NCBI GenBank assembly: GCA_943787465.1
Contig: CALSMN010000006.1
Location: 205,105 to 269,104, forward strand
Direction of reading: 5' to 3'
Source: an uncultured Bacteroidia bacterium
GTDB lineage: Bacteria > Bacteroidota > Bacteroidia > NS11-12g > UBA9320
DNA length: 64,000 bases
Position 1 is the stretch's first letter. Each line of letters opens with the position of its first letter. Below the pieces are notes generated by a model. That model did not search any database and had not been told where the DNA came from. It was given only the letters and a program-made list of their open reading frames with translations. Positions 51,301-61,756 of this stretch are shown here, one piece after another. The translations under genes and the position numbers were made by a program.

Positions 51301-51906
51301 AGCAAATTTGATGAGCACCTGATTGACATCTTCCTGGCTCATGCCTGTACCATCAATATTTTGAATTCCATGGCGTTGAAGTTCGATGTAAAAATCATCT
51401 CCAAAGATTTCTAAATATTCTTTTAACAGTTTTTCTGCTTCTGCCTCACCTTTGAATAATATAGCTTGTGGTATTTCAGCACCAATACAGCAAGATGTAG
51501 CAATCAAGCCCTCACTATACTTTTTTAAAATAGATTTATCAATTCTCGGATATTTACCATACAGACCTTCTATATATCCCAAAGAACAGAGCAATGATAA
51601 ATTTTCATATCCTTTCTGATTTTTGGCTAAAATCAATTGATGATAGCGTTTATCTTTAGTGTCTCCTACAAAAGACCGTCGAGTTCGATCTTCCACCATG
51701 TAAAATTCACAACCTACAATAGGTTTTACTCCGTATTTAAGTCCAGCATTAACAAACTTAAACGCCCCAAACATATTGCCATGATCTGTAAGCGCTACTG
51801 CACGCATACCGTCTGCTTTTGCTTTAACAAACATATCATCTATAGGAGATGCTCCATCTAATAATGAAAACTGACTATGACAATGTAAGTGGGAAAAAGA
51901 AGGCAT
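48367..51906 (-). CDS. dnaE: DNA polymerase III alpha subunit
   Basis: PHP HLHCHSQFSLLDG, GPGRGSAAGS, PDIDID, KMDFLGL, YAFNKSH, OB fold. Confidence 0.98.
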   Translation of the reverse strand: MPSFSHLHCHSQFSLLDGASPIDDMFVKAKADGMRAVALTDHGNMFGAFKFVNAGLKYGVKPIVGCEFYMVEDRTRRSFVGDTKDKRYHQLILAKNQKGYENLSLLCSLGYIEGLYGKYPRIDKSILKKYSEGLIATSCCIGAEIPQAILFKGEAEAEKLLKEYLEIFGDDFYIELQRHGIQNIDGTGMSQEDVNQVLIKFAKKYDLHVIATNDSHYMEEDDALPHDILLCVNTGSRMTDPKGYGKGMRFAFPNNEFFFKTQAEMGRLFADLPEALDNTNLVVDSIETPQLTRDVLLPNFVMPPEFKSQDDYLKHLTFEGAKKRYPDLTSEIEERLLFELSVIKDSGYPGYFLIVQDFTSVARDMGVSVGPGRGSAAGSAVAYCLGITNVDPIAYDLLFERFLNPERVSLPDIDIDFDDEGRQKVIDYVVDKYGKNQVAQIITYGSMAARSSLRDVGRVMDVPLGEVDKVTKTFPSHLSANLKKVLNDGGIDKKLKGDMNAEQVKAAEDFRLLSEKNNSIGEMIRTAKRLEGSVRNTGIHACGVIITPDDITKYVPITTAKDSDLLVTQFDNSVVESAGLLKMDFLGLKTLTIIKDAVEIVKNKRGVTIIPDEIPLDDAKTLELFTKGNTNGVFQFESPGMQKNLKMLKPDKFEDLIAMNALYRPGPMEYIKNFIARKHGQEEIHYDLPDMKEYLADTYGITVYQEQVMLLSQKLAGFTKGQADSLRKAMGKKKIEEMNKLFDLFISQGTERGHDEKILRKVWTDWEAFASYAFNKSHSTCYAYLAFHTGYLKAHYPAEFMASVLTHNMNDIKKVSFFMDECKWMGIEILGPSANESERKFSVNKDGAIRFGLAAIKGVGDTAAEEIIRERRKNGPYANIFDICKRANQRIVNKKSLENLAIAGAFDEFGVNRSSYVIDSGAGKGIDIAVKFGNQVQNDALSNQASLFGGAGSLEISEPVLPQVEPWSLMEKLQLEKELVGIYISGHPLNNYKFEINHFTTHDLLKIEEENLKLEGTEIKLAGLITSVRDSVSKNGKPFCIFMLEDFSGTREFALFGEKYIQFKPWIELNAQIYIIAKGEKSYRDPNKLDLNLTHISFLEDTVAHQLKKVTLEVEASLVNENLMESIFDLIDERGKIKLSFLIKDGDKSVRASSQRYKIQMDEITKKKLNNLGLEFRFN

Positions 51907-52006
51907 GAATTAATGTAATTGATACAAGTATACTTCAAATTTGGAGTATTCATCGAAGATTTTAATTGTCCACTTCGGTATATCTCTCGGATAGTTTTAT
52001 TATTGT

Positions 52007-52990
52007 TTGATTTTTGGCAATTTGAAGAAGATTAGAGAATACCTTAACAAATTTTACACAGACCATTTCAATTGGAAAGAATTTAGTTTTGCTCTTCTTT
52101 TTGTCTTTTGCTTTTGTGTTTTTAGATACTATACCTTTATCCCTTATTTTGATGAAGACATATCGCTATTAACAAGCTGGTGGCTCAAAGCCTATCTGGC
52201 AGATATGAAACTCAGTTTTCATTTCGTACTTTACCTTACCCCCATTTTATTGGGTTATCTAATTCACAGCATCACGCATAAGCATTGGACCTTTTGGAAG
52301 AATCCAGCCTTTATTTTGCTTCTACTTTTTGGTGTTTTCATTTTTTCATTTAGAAGTTCAATTACTTTTATGATCAATGATTGGTTGGAAAATTATGCAA
52401 CATATGCTCATGTAGATTGGCTTAATCGAATACTATCCACCATCGCTCGTGGTTTATTTTTGTTCCTTGTTTTATTCACCTATTGGTATTTTACTGATCG
52501 AAAAAATCAGCCTTTTTATGGTTTTTCATCAAAAAAAATTGACTTAAAACCATATTTAATCATGTTAGGTTGCATGCTACCTTTAATTGCAGCTGCTAGC
52601 TCTCAATCGGACTTTTTATCATCCTATCCTCGGGTACAACGCATAGCATCTCTGAATATGGAAACACCAAGTCACTGGAAATTTTATGCTATCTATGAAT
52701 TTTTATATGGCCTTGACTTTTTTTCCATTGAGTTCTTTTTTCGAGGATTCATGATATTAGGATTCGTAAGTATAGTAGGACCTAAGGCTATTATCCCCGT
52801 TGCATACATGTATGTAGTTATCCATTGGAACAAGCCTATGGGTGAGCTTATCAGCTCTTTCTTTGGGGGTAGTTTATTGGGAATTATTTCGTATTACAGT
52901 AGATCCATTTGGGGAGGAATCATTGTGCATGTAGGTATTGCATGGTTGATGGAGATCGGTGCATTTGTGAGTAAATATTTTTTTCAATGA
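52007..52990 (+). CDS. CPBP (CAAX/Abi) intramembrane metalloprotease
   Basis: Multi-TM; SIEFFFRG, VIHWNKPMGE, SIWGGIIVH. Confidence 0.85.
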   Translation: MIFGNLKKIREYLNKFYTDHFNWKEFSFALLFVFCFCVFRYYTFIPYFDEDISLLTSWWLKAYLADMKLSFHFVLYLTPILLGYLIHSITHKHWTFWKNPAFILLLLFGVFIFSFRSSITFMINDWLENYATYAHVDWLNRILSTIARGLFLFLVLFTYWYFTDRKNQPFYGFSSKKIDLKPYLIMLGCMLPLIAAASSQSDFLSSYPRVQRIASLNMETPSHWKFYAIYEFLYGLDFFSIEFFFRGFMILGFVSIVGPKAIIPVAYMYVVIHWNKPMGELISSFFGGSLLGIISYYSRSIWGGIIVHVGIAWLMEIGAFVSKYFFQ

Positions 52991-55074
52991 ACGAATTTTT
53001 AGCATCAGATATCAAATTTTTAAAAGGGGTTGGTGCAACACGTGCTGAAATATTACAAAAAGAAATAGGTCTTTTTAAATTTCAAGATGCCTTACATTAT
53101 TTTCCTTTTAGATATGTAGACCGAACGAAATTTTATAGCATTTCAGAGATTGATTCAGATACCAGTTATATTCAAATTAAAGGGAAAGTCATACGAATAG
53201 AAGAAATGGGAACCACGCATACTAAAAGATTAGTTGCGCATTTCTTTGATGGTGAAAATGAAATAGAGCTACTCTGGTTCAAGGGGATTACTTGGATTAA
53301 AAAACTTCTGAAAATTGGTGAAGAAATTGTCATTTTTGGCAAACCCAACCATTACAAAGGAAGCATTAACTTCACTCACCCAGAGTTAGACTCCGTTGCC
53401 AATCGACTTAAAACAGCTCCACTAGAGGCCGTTTATCATACGACTGATATGATGAAAACACGAAGAGTAGAGAGTAAAATAGTTCGACAAATCATTCAAA
53501 ATGCCCTCAATCATGAACGATATGCTGTGCCTGAAATATTTAGTCCAGAACTGTGTGAAAAATATAAACTCATTCCACGAAGTAAAGCATTCAAATATAT
53601 CCATCAACCTCCTAGCCATAGACATATTGAAGCCGCTCAGTACCGATTTAAATTTGAAGAACTCTTTTTTCTTCAATTCCCTTTTATTCGAAAAAAAATC
53701 AATCGAAGAGAGGCCAATCAAGGGATTACTTTTGGAAAAGATGCACTGCTATATAACCAGTTTGTAAATCAACATCTCCCCTTTGAATTAACCGATGCTC
53801 AAGAGCGAGTTCTTCAAGAAATTACCACCGACTTAACATCGGGTAAGCAAATGAGCAGGCTTCTGCAGGGCGATGTTGGAAGTGGCAAAACCATCGTTGC
53901 TTTTTTAAGTGTATTAAGAGCCATAGATAATGGCTATCAAGCAAGCCTCATGGCTCCTACCGAAATATTAGCGATACAGCATTTTATGGGTTTAAAAGAG
54001 TTGGCAGACCAACTTCACCTTAAAATAGGTTTACTCACCGGTTCAACAACAAAAAAAGAACGCGTCACACTCCACGAAAAACTACTTTCCGGAGAAATCA
54101 AATTACTCATAGGTACCCATGCCCTGATTGAAGATGTCGTAAAATTTCAAAACCTAGGATTGGTGATTATTGATGAACAACATCGTTTTGGAGTTGCTCA
54201 ACGTGCCAAACTCCAAGGCAAAGGCAAAGAAAATCCCCATGTTTTGGTAATGACAGCCACTCCCATACCACGTACTCTTGCTATGAGCATGTATGGGGAT
54301 TTGGATTACAGTGTTATAGATGAAATGCCTGCAGGAAGAAAAGAAATTAAAACAGTTCACCGTTTTGGATTTGCTCGTGAAAAAGTACATGAATTTGTAA
54401 AACAAGAAATAATCAAGGGAAGACAAGCCTACATCGTTTATCCATTGATTGAAGAATCTGAGAAACTAAATTACAAGGACTTAAACAATGGCTACGATGA
54501 ACTTTTAGTATCATTTCCAAGACCAACCTACCAAGTTGAAATGCTACACGGAAAAATGAAACCTAGTGACAAAGAGGCTAAAATGAAAGACTTTTCTGAT
54601 GGAAAAACACACCTATTAGTGAGTACAACTGTAATCGAAGTAGGTATTAATGTCCCAAATGCTTCTATTATGATTATTGAAAGTGCTGAAAAATTTGGTT
54701 TATCACAATTGCATCAGCTCAGAGGTCGAGTGGGTAGAGGTGCAGCTCAGAGTTATTGCATTCTATTAAGTAGTAAAAATTTAAGTGCAAATGCTAAAAC
54801 CCGATTAAAGGCTATGGTCCATACTTCCAGTGGATTTGAACTGAGCGAAATTGACATGCAACTAAGAGGTTTTGGAGATATTGCTGGGACACGACAAAGC
54901 GGTCTGGACCAGCTAAAGCTTGCATCACTTCATACAGATGGACATATAGCAGAACTGGCCCGAAATGCAATTATAGAATTATTGACCCAAGACCCCTCCT
55001 TTGAACATCATCCTGCTTTGTATCATTTCATGAAAGATAAGCAAGGGTATACTGACTGGGAGAATATTGCGTAA
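52987..55074 (+). CDS. recG: ATP-dependent DNA helicase RecG
   Basis: LQGDVGSGKT, DEQHRFG, TATPIPR, QLHQLRGRVGRG, GTRQSG. Confidence 0.98.
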   Translation: MNEFLASDIKFLKGVGATRAEILQKEIGLFKFQDALHYFPFRYVDRTKFYSISEIDSDTSYIQIKGKVIRIEEMGTTHTKRLVAHFFDGENEIELLWFKGITWIKKLLKIGEEIVIFGKPNHYKGSINFTHPELDSVANRLKTAPLEAVYHTTDMMKTRRVESKIVRQIIQNALNHERYAVPEIFSPELCEKYKLIPRSKAFKYIHQPPSHRHIEAAQYRFKFEELFFLQFPFIRKKINRREANQGITFGKDALLYNQFVNQHLPFELTDAQERVLQEITTDLTSGKQMSRLLQGDVGSGKTIVAFLSVLRAIDNGYQASLMAPTEILAIQHFMGLKELADQLHLKIGLLTGSTTKKERVTLHEKLLSGEIKLLIGTHALIEDVVKFQNLGLVIIDEQHRFGVAQRAKLQGKGKENPHVLVMTATPIPRTLAMSMYGDLDYSVIDEMPAGRKEIKTVHRFGFAREKVHEFVKQEIIKGRQAYIVYPLIEESEKLNYKDLNNGYDELLVSFPRPTYQVEMLHGKMKPSDKEAKMKDFSDGKTHLLVSTTVIEVGINVPNASIMIIESAEKFGLSQLHQLRGRVGRGAAQSYCILLSSKNLSANAKTRLKAMVHTSSGFELSEIDMQLRGFGDIAGTRQSGLDQLKLASLHTDGHIAELARNAIIELLTQDPSFEHHPALYHFMKDKQGYTDWENIA

Positions 55075-55077
55075 GTC

Positions 55078-55593
55078 TTATCGCTTCAGCACCTTTTTCA
55101 ATTTTTGGTAGTTTTGAGATACATTTTTTTCATGTGTTTCTTTTGCATACATGAGTAAACGTGTTCTCAAACTCTCCGATTTCAATGTTATTTTTGTAAA
55201 AATTCGGGTATGGGTACTATCCAAGGCTTCGAACCGAATATCCTCATTCCATACAAAATAGTTTGGAATAATACCATGAGTAACTAGCCGATGATTTTGA
55301 TCAAAACCTTGAACGGTTCTCGACAATATTAGTGGTTGGTCACCTTTAAAGTAAATTTCATACTTATCGCCTACCATGAGTGGATATTTTTCCCCATAAG
55401 TCACCTTATCCATGGTGGAATTCCATTGAGTCAATTTAGCTGGATTAGCTACCATTTGAAATACTTTATCAATAGGTGCATCAAAATCTTCATTCACTTG
55501 AAATTCTATGCTTTTGGGAGCCATAAAAACGAGTCCATAATAGCCTGCCCCAATAAAAAGAATGAATATACTGATGTATTTTAAAATTTTCAT
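55078..55593 (-). CDS. Membrane-anchored SRPBCC (START-like) family protein
   Basis: N-terminal TM, then DAPIDKVFQMVANP.KLTQW typical of SRPBCC. Confidence 0.75.
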   Translation of the reverse strand: MKILKYISIFILFIGAGYYGLVFMAPKSIEFQVNEDFDAPIDKVFQMVANPAKLTQWNSTMDKVTYGEKYPLMVGDKYEIYFKGDQPLILSRTVQGFDQNHRLVTHGIIPNYFVWNEDIRFEALDSTHTRIFTKITLKSESLRTRLLMYAKETHEKNVSQNYQKLKKVLKR

Positions 55594-55599
55594 TTCAAG

Positions 55600-56208
55600 T
55601 TAATGGCGTGTCAATCTTGCCACATACTTTCCAAGAACATCTAACTCGATGTTGACCATATCTCCTATTTTCAGTGCATGGAAATTCGTATGTTGAAAGG
55701 TATATGGAATAATGGCCACTCCAAAAGTTTGGTCTTGAACATGAGTTACGGTTAAGCTGGTACCATTTATCGTAATAGACCCTTTTTGAATAATCAATTT
55801 TTCTGGCGAATGATCATGAATTAAGGAAAAGGAGTCACTGAGTTTGAAGTCAAATTCCCAACTCCCATTCTTATCGATAATTTGAGTGACTTCTGCTGTA
55901 CCATCTGCATGTCCTTGGACTATGTGTCCGTCCAATCGATCATTCATTCGAATGCATCGCTCAACATTTACTTTATTTCCTATATTGAGTAAACCTAAAT
56001 TGGTTAATCGAAGGGTTTCTTCTATAGCGGTAACACGATATTGATCTCCTTGTATATGAGTGACTGTGAGGCATACACCATTATGTGCTACACTCTGATC
56101 TACTTTGAGTTCTGATGTAAAGGTACTTTCAAAGGTGAAATGAATATTGGTCCCTTCATGTTCTATATTTCGAACAATCGCCAATGATTCAATAATGCCA
56201 CTAAACAT
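55600..56208 (-). CDS. ribE: Riboflavin synthase (alpha chain)
   Basis: MFSGIIE, SVAHNGVCLTV, GHIVQGH, KGSITINGTSLTV, VNIELD. Confidence 0.96.
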   Translation of the reverse strand: MFSGIIESLAIVRNIEHEGTNIHFTFESTFTSELKVDQSVAHNGVCLTVTHIQGDQYRVTAIEETLRLTNLGLLNIGNKVNVERCIRMNDRLDGHIVQGHADGTAEVTQIIDKNGSWEFDFKLSDSFSLIHDHSPEKLIIQKGSITINGTSLTVTHVQDQTFGVAIIPYTFQHTNFHALKIGDMVNIELDVLGKYVARLTRH

Positions 56209-56211
56209 GGT

Positions 56212-56967
56212 TTATTTGGTTAAGCTACCTCCTAAAAACTCGCGGTTCATTCGAGCAATATTGGTAAGTGAAATTCCTTTCGGGCACTCTACTTCACAAG
56301 CTCCAGTATTGGTGCAATTTCCAAAACCTTCTGCATCCATTTGAGCCACCATATTTTGGGCTCTATCTTTGGCTTCTACTTGTCCTTGAGGCAATAAAGC
56401 ATATTGTGATATTTTAGCTCCAACAAATAACATCGCACTACTATTTTTACACGTAGCAACACATGCACCACAACCAATACAGGTTGCCGCATCCATCGCT
56501 AAATCTGCATGTTCTTTTGCAATAGGCGTTGCATTAGCATCTTGAGTATTTCCACTTGTATTTACAGAAATGTACCCTCCTGAATGTTGTATACGGTCAA
56601 AAGCACTGCGATCAATAACTAAGTCTTTAATGACAGGAAAGGCATTCGCTCTGAAGGGTTCAATATAAATGGTATCCCCATCTTTGAAACTTCGCATGTG
56701 TAATTGACAGGTTGTGGTGCCTTTTACAGGACCATGGGCCTCTCCATTTATAAACATTGAACAGCTACCACATATACCTTCTCTACAATCGTGATCAAAG
56801 GCAATGGGTTCTTCCCCGCTACCGATTAATTTCTGATTCAAAACATCCATCATTTCAAGAAAAGACATATGTTCTGATATTCCATCAATTTGATAGTCTA
56901 CCATTCTTCCTTTTTCTTGAGGGCCTTGTTGTCTCCAGACCTTCAGATTTAATTTCATATCGTTCAT
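56212..56967 (-). CDS. sdhB: Succinate dehydrogenase/fumarate reductase Fe-S subunit
   Basis: [33 protein letters not shown]. Confidence 0.96.
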   Translation of the reverse strand: MNDMKLNLKVWRQQGPQEKGRMVDYQIDGISEHMSFLEMMDVLNQKLIGSGEEPIAFDHDCREGICGSCSMFINGEAHGPVKGTTTCQLHMRSFKDGDTIYIEPFRANAFPVIKDLVIDRSAFDRIQHSGGYISVNTSGNTQDANATPIAKEHADLAMDAATCIGCGACVATCKNSSAMLFVGAKISQYALLPQGQVEAKDRAQNMVAQMDAEGFGNCTNTGACEVECPKGISLTNIARMNREFLGGSLTK

Positions 56968-56969
56968 GA

Positions 56970-58985
56970 TTATTTATACGATCTTTGTTTTAATTCTATA
57001 TCATTAAATTCTAATTGCTCTTTGTGAAGTTTAGCTTCACTTGGAACACCGGTATATTCCCATGCAGCAACATAAGCAAAGTTTTTATCATCTCTAAGAG
57101 CTTCACCTTGTTGTTCTCCGCTTTTCTCCACATATTCTTCTCTAAAGTGACCGCCACAGCTTTCATTTCTATCAAGAGCATCTTTAGCAAATAATTCGCC
57201 AAGTTCTAAGAAATCAGCAACCCTACCTGCTTTTTCTAACTCTTGATTGAGCTCGTTGGCACCACCTGGGACACTTACATTTTTCCAAAAGTCATTACGT
57301 AACTCTGTAATTTCTTGAATGGCTTCTTTTAAGCCTTTTTCAGTTCTTGCCATACCACATTTGTTCCACATGATATTGCCCAATTTTCTGTGATAGTAAT
57401 CCACTGATTGAGTTCCTTTGTTACTTACAAGTTTTTCTATACGCTCACGAACATTTTTCTCTGCTTCTTCGAATTCGTTAGAATCCGTTGAAATTTTTCC
57501 TGTTCTAATATCAGACGATAAGTAGTCCCCAATTGTATAAGGTAAAACAAAGTATCCATCAGCAAGACCCTGCATCAATGCAGAGGCACCCAATCTATTG
57601 GCACCATGATCAGAAAAATTAGCTTCTCCGATAGCATAACAACCCGGGATTGTAGTCATCAGATTATAATCTACCCAAATACCTCCCATGGTATAATGTA
57701 CAGCGGGATAAATCATCATGGGTGTTTCGTATGGATTATCAGCGGCAATTTGTTTGTACATATCAAACAAATTCCCATACTTAGCTTTTACTATTTCCTT
57801 ACCCAATTCTTTTATTCTAGCCTCACTTGCATCATTTTCTCCTTTGATCGTGGCTTGTTCTTTGCCATAACGAATAATTGCTGCTGCAAAATCAAGGTAT
57901 ACCGCTTCACCGGTGGCATTTACACCATATCCTTCATCGCATCGTTCTTTGGCTGCTCTACTGGCAACATCTCGAGGCACTAAATTACCAAATGCAGGAT
58001 ATCTTCGTTCTAAATAATAATCTCTATCTTCTTCTTTAATTTCCGTAGGCTTTAATTGACCATCTCGAATGGCTTGAGCGTCCTCTTTTTTGGCAGGTAC
58101 CCAGATTCTACCGTCATTTCTTAAAGACTCTGACATTAATGTCAGTTTACTTTGATAATCTCCACTTCTGGGAATGCAAGTGGGGTGAATTTGAGTATAA
58201 CACGGATTTGCAAAATAAGCTCCACGTTTATGTGCTTTCCATCCTGCCGTAACATTACTTCCCATGGCGTTAGTACTTAAATAAAATACGTTACCATAAC
58301 CACCCGTACCTAATACAACGGCATGAGCAGAATGTCTTTCAATTTCACCAGTCACTAGGTTTCTGGCAATGATACCTCGAGCCTTTCCATCTATGACGAC
58401 AATATCTAACATTTCGTGTCTGTTAAACATTTGAATTTTACCACGAGCAATCTGACGATTCATTGCAGAATATGCTCCCAATAACAATTGTTGACCTGTT
58501 TGTCCTTTGGCATAAAATGTTCGACTTACAAGCACACCACCAAAAGATCGGTTATCTAAAAGTCCACCATAGTCTCTTGCAAAAGGAACTCCTTGGGCAA
58601 CACATTGATCGATAATATTTGTGGATACTTCAGCCAAACGATGAACGTTTGCTTCTCTACTTCGGTAATCACCACCTTTTACCGTATCATAAAAAAGTCT
58701 GTAAATTGAATCTCCATCACCTTGATAATTTTTAGCAGCATTAATTCCTCCCTGAGCAGCTATAGAATGAGCTCTTCGTGGTGAATCCTGATAACAAAAA
58801 GCTTTCACATTATATCCTTGCTCGGCTAATGTAGCTGCGGCACTTCCTCCAGCAAGACCCGTACCAACTACAATAACATCAATGTTGCGTTTATTGGCAG
58901 GATTTACTAAATTCACTTTATCTTTATACGAGGTCCACTTATCTTTAATCGGACCAGCAGGTGTTTTTCCGTCTAATGTTGACAT
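56970..58985 (-). CDS. sdhA: Succinate dehydrogenase/fumarate reductase flavoprotein
   Basis: [36 protein letters not shown]. Confidence 0.97.
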   Translation of the reverse strand: MSTLDGKTPAGPIKDKWTSYKDKVNLVNPANKRNIDVIVVGTGLAGGSAAATLAEQGYNVKAFCYQDSPRRAHSIAAQGGINAAKNYQGDGDSIYRLFYDTVKGGDYRSREANVHRLAEVSTNIIDQCVAQGVPFARDYGGLLDNRSFGGVLVSRTFYAKGQTGQQLLLGAYSAMNRQIARGKIQMFNRHEMLDIVVIDGKARGIIARNLVTGEIERHSAHAVVLGTGGYGNVFYLSTNAMGSNVTAGWKAHKRGAYFANPCYTQIHPTCIPRSGDYQSKLTLMSESLRNDGRIWVPAKKEDAQAIRDGQLKPTEIKEEDRDYYLERRYPAFGNLVPRDVASRAAKERCDEGYGVNATGEAVYLDFAAAIIRYGKEQATIKGENDASEARIKELGKEIVKAKYGNLFDMYKQIAADNPYETPMMIYPAVHYTMGGIWVDYNLMTTIPGCYAIGEANFSDHGANRLGASALMQGLADGYFVLPYTIGDYLSSDIRTGKISTDSNEFEEAEKNVRERIEKLVSNKGTQSVDYYHRKLGNIMWNKCGMARTEKGLKEAIQEITELRNDFWKNVSVPGGANELNQELEKAGRVADFLELGELFAKDALDRNESCGGHFREEYVEKSGEQQGEALRDDKNFAYVAAWEYTGVPSEAKLHKEQLEFNDIELKQRSYK

Positions 58986-59006
58986 AAATTTAATCTTTTA
59001 ATGAAC

Positions 59007-59702
59007 TTAATGTGGATGATAAATGAAATGATATAGTGCCACAAAAACAAAACCTAAAGGTACTGCAATGGCAAATATGTTTCCCATCTTTTTGATAATA
59101 GGGGTATATTTAGAGTGATTAAAACCTACAGATTGAAAAGCGGATTGGAAACCATGCATAAGATGTAATGAGAGCATAAAAAATGCTATTACATATAAAA
59201 TCACTCGAATAGGTTGATTGGCAAATTTATCCACGAGCTCTTCATGATAACGAAATTCATTGGAGCCAGGATGTAAGCCGGTCATATCTCCTTCTATATA
59301 TTTTGTATTTATTTCTGGAATCCAAAAATCGTAAAAATGCACTACTAAAAATGCTAATACAGCTAAGCCAGAGATAATCATATTTCTGCTCATCCATGTT
59401 GCGTTTGCATGACCACTGTATTTGGCATATTTGATGGAACGAGCTTGGTTATTTTGATATTCAAGAACCATCCCCCATACAAAATGAAAAAACACCGAAA
59501 AAATGAGAACTGGCTGAAGAACAAACTGAACTAGAGCGTTTGTTCCCATAAAATGGGAAACCTCATTAAATACATCAGCGTTTATCACAGACAACATATT
59601 AATACTCATGTGTTGCAATAAAAACACCATTAAAAAGAAACCAGTAAGTGCCATAAGCACTTTTCTACCTATACTCGATAAACTTTGTTTTTGGGTTGAC
59701 AT
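59007..59702 (-). CDS. sdhC: Succinate dehydrogenase cytochrome b subunit (single 5-TM type)
   Basis: SSIGRKVLMALTG, His ligands in successive TM helices, HLMHGFQSAFQSVG. Confidence 0.93.
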   Translation of the reverse strand: MSTQKQSLSSIGRKVLMALTGFFLMVFLLQHMSINMLSVINADVFNEVSHFMGTNALVQFVLQPVLIFSVFFHFVWGMVLEYQNNQARSIKYAKYSGHANATWMSRNMIISGLAVLAFLVVHFYDFWIPEINTKYIEGDMTGLHPGSNEFRYHEELVDKFANQPIRVILYVIAFFMLSLHLMHGFQSAFQSVGFNHSKYTPIIKKMGNIFAIAVPLGFVFVALYHFIYHPH

Positions 59703-59795
59703 AACTTAGTTTTACAACAACAAATTTAACAATGTGTTTAGAAGGGGCTAAACTTTATTTTGATATTAAATTAGTTCTAAATAAAATTTGCTGAA

Positions 59796-60809
59796 ATGTA
59801 TACTATAATTCGATCTTTTTTTTTCTTATTTCCTGCTGAAAAAGCACATCTTATTACTATGACTCTTTTCAAGTATATCATTAAGATACCCTTAATCTCT
59901 TATTTGTTTCGGTTTGAAGACAATCCAACTACAGTAGATAAAATTACATACAAAAACAAAGCGGGATTGGCTGCTGGATTTGATAAGGATGGAAAATTTT
60001 TGCATGAATTATACACACTCAATTTTGGATTTATTGAAATAGGTACTGTCACCCCAAAACCTCAAGATGGAAACCCTAAGCCCAGACTTTTTAGATTAAA
60101 AAAAGATAATGCTTTATTAAACCGAATGGGATTTAATAATGAAGGGTTAAAATCTCTCAAAATACGACTACAAAATTTTAGAAATAAACAGCCGTCTTGT
60201 TCTATGAAAATTGGAATTAATATTGGAAAAAATAAAATGACACCAAATGAAAATGCTGTAGATGATTACGTTAGATGCTATCAAGAATTATATGAATTAG
60301 CCGACTTTTTCATCGTTAATGTGAGTTCTCCAAATACCCCCAATCTGAGGGAATTACAGAACAAAAATGAGCTACTTAAAATTTTAAATGCACTTTTAAC
60401 AATAAGAGCTAAACAAAAAAATTGGAAGCCACTCTATCTAAAAATTGCACCTGATCTCACACAATCTCAGTTGGATGAAATTATAGATTTACAACATGAA
60501 ATTAAATTTGAAGGATTAGTTGCAACCAACACAAGTATTGATAGAAAGCTACTCAAAAAATCCGATCCGGATATCGTTAATGCATTAGGAAATGGAGGCA
60601 TCAGTGGTAAAGTAATTTTAGACACCTCTAATGCTATGATCCGTTACATTAGAGATAAATCTAAAATGACCATCATTGGGGTAGGCGGAATCGATGATGA
60701 AGTATCGGCCCAATCAAAATTGGATGCAGGGGCAGATTTGTTAGAAATTTATACGGGTTTTGTGTATTCAGGTCCCAGATTAATAAAAAAGATAGGATTA
60801 TTAAATTAG
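59796..60809 (+). CDS. pyrD: Quinone-dependent dihydroorotate dehydrogenase (class 2)
   Basis: GLAAGFDK, NRMGFNN, GINIGKN, NVSSPNTP, KIAPD, GGISG. Confidence 0.96.
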   Translation: MYTIIRSFFFLFPAEKAHLITMTLFKYIIKIPLISYLFRFEDNPTTVDKITYKNKAGLAAGFDKDGKFLHELYTLNFGFIEIGTVTPKPQDGNPKPRLFRLKKDNALLNRMGFNNEGLKSLKIRLQNFRNKQPSCSMKIGINIGKNKMTPNENAVDDYVRCYQELYELADFFIVNVSSPNTPNLRELQNKNELLKILNALLTIRAKQKNWKPLYLKIAPDLTQSQLDEIIDLQHEIKFEGLVATNTSIDRKLLKKSDPDIVNALGNGGISGKVILDTSNAMIRYIRDKSKMTIIGVGGIDDEVSAQSKLDAGADLLEIYTGFVYSGPRLIKKIGLLN

Positions 60810-61756
60810 TTTTCCTCTTTCAGTTGATCGCCTTTTTTGCGTTGCCTCTCTGTGAAACCAGTATATCTTCTGGGATATTTTTCTACATCTTTCAATAAAG
60901 CATTCAAATTTGATATTGATGAATCTAGTTTATGGTATAATGTCTTGTCATGAACAAGCATTCCAAGAGACCCTTTTTTGTTATTGATAGATTGGGTTGT
61001 TTTGGATAATTCTACAGAGAGTGTATCAAGCTGATCGGCTAGATGTTTAAAATCCACTTCATTAAGTTTGCTACTGGTTTGGTCTAAATTTTCTAGTATT
61101 CCATTCAGCTTAGGAGTCGCACTAGCAATACCTACGGTTGACAATTCAATGTTAGACAATATCCCATTGATTTTTTCTTCTTTCCCATCTAATAATTTAT
61201 TAAGCTTATCAGCTGTTTCTTTAAATGAACGAAGTGCCTTAGAAGCATCGATTAATGTACCTTGAATATCAACTCCAGATATGGCCGTATCCATACTCCC
61301 TAATACAGAATTTACGCGCTCGGACAATGGGCTCAGAACTCCACTTACAGCTTGTGCTATTCCTTTATCTTGCTCTGAAGTAAAAAAATCTCCATTTTGA
61401 GCTATTTCCTTACTATCACCAAAAATTATTTCTATAGCCTTACTGCCAATCATATCGTTATTGACAATTTTCATGATTGAATTCTTGGGTATTTTAATGT
61501 CCTCAGATATTGCAATACCAACCGTTAACTCCAGTGTTTCCTTATTCATTTCTACTGAACTTACACTTCCTACTTTATATCCGTTGATGAGAACTGGATT
61601 AGACTTAAATAAACCTTCAATTTGATTGTAGACCCCAAAATATTCGTTTGTAGTAGTAAAGACATCTTTTCCTTTCATAAAATTATATCCTACAGCCAAA
61701 ATTGTAATGGCTATGGCAACTAATATTCCGACTTTCGTTTCTTTGGAAATCTTCAT
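60806..61756 (-). CDS. mlaD: MlaD/MCE family protein
   Basis: MKISKETKVG, GL.KSNPVLINGYKVGSV MCE domain, helical tail, GSLGMLVHD.TLY..LL.D...PRRY. Confidence 0.9.
   Translation of the reverse strand: MKISKETKVGILVAIAITILAVGYNFMKGKDVFTTTNEYFGVYNQIEGLFKSNPVLINGYKVGSVSSVEMNKETLELTVGIAISEDIKIPKNSIMKIVNNDMIGSKAIEIIFGDSKEIAQNGDFFTSEQDKGIAQAVSGVLSPLSERVNSVLGSMDTAISGVDIQGTLIDASKALRSFKETADKLNKLLDGKEEKINGILSNIELSTVGIASATPKLNGILENLDQTSSKLNEVDFKHLADQLDTLSVELSKTTQSINNKKGSLGMLVHDKTLYHKLDSSISNLNALLKDVEKYPRRYTGFTERQRKKGDQLKEEN

Noticed and set aside
48367-55074. Inteins or introns in dnaE or recG
   Set aside because: Lengths (1179 and 695 aa) are normal and motifs are contiguous; no intein signatures seen
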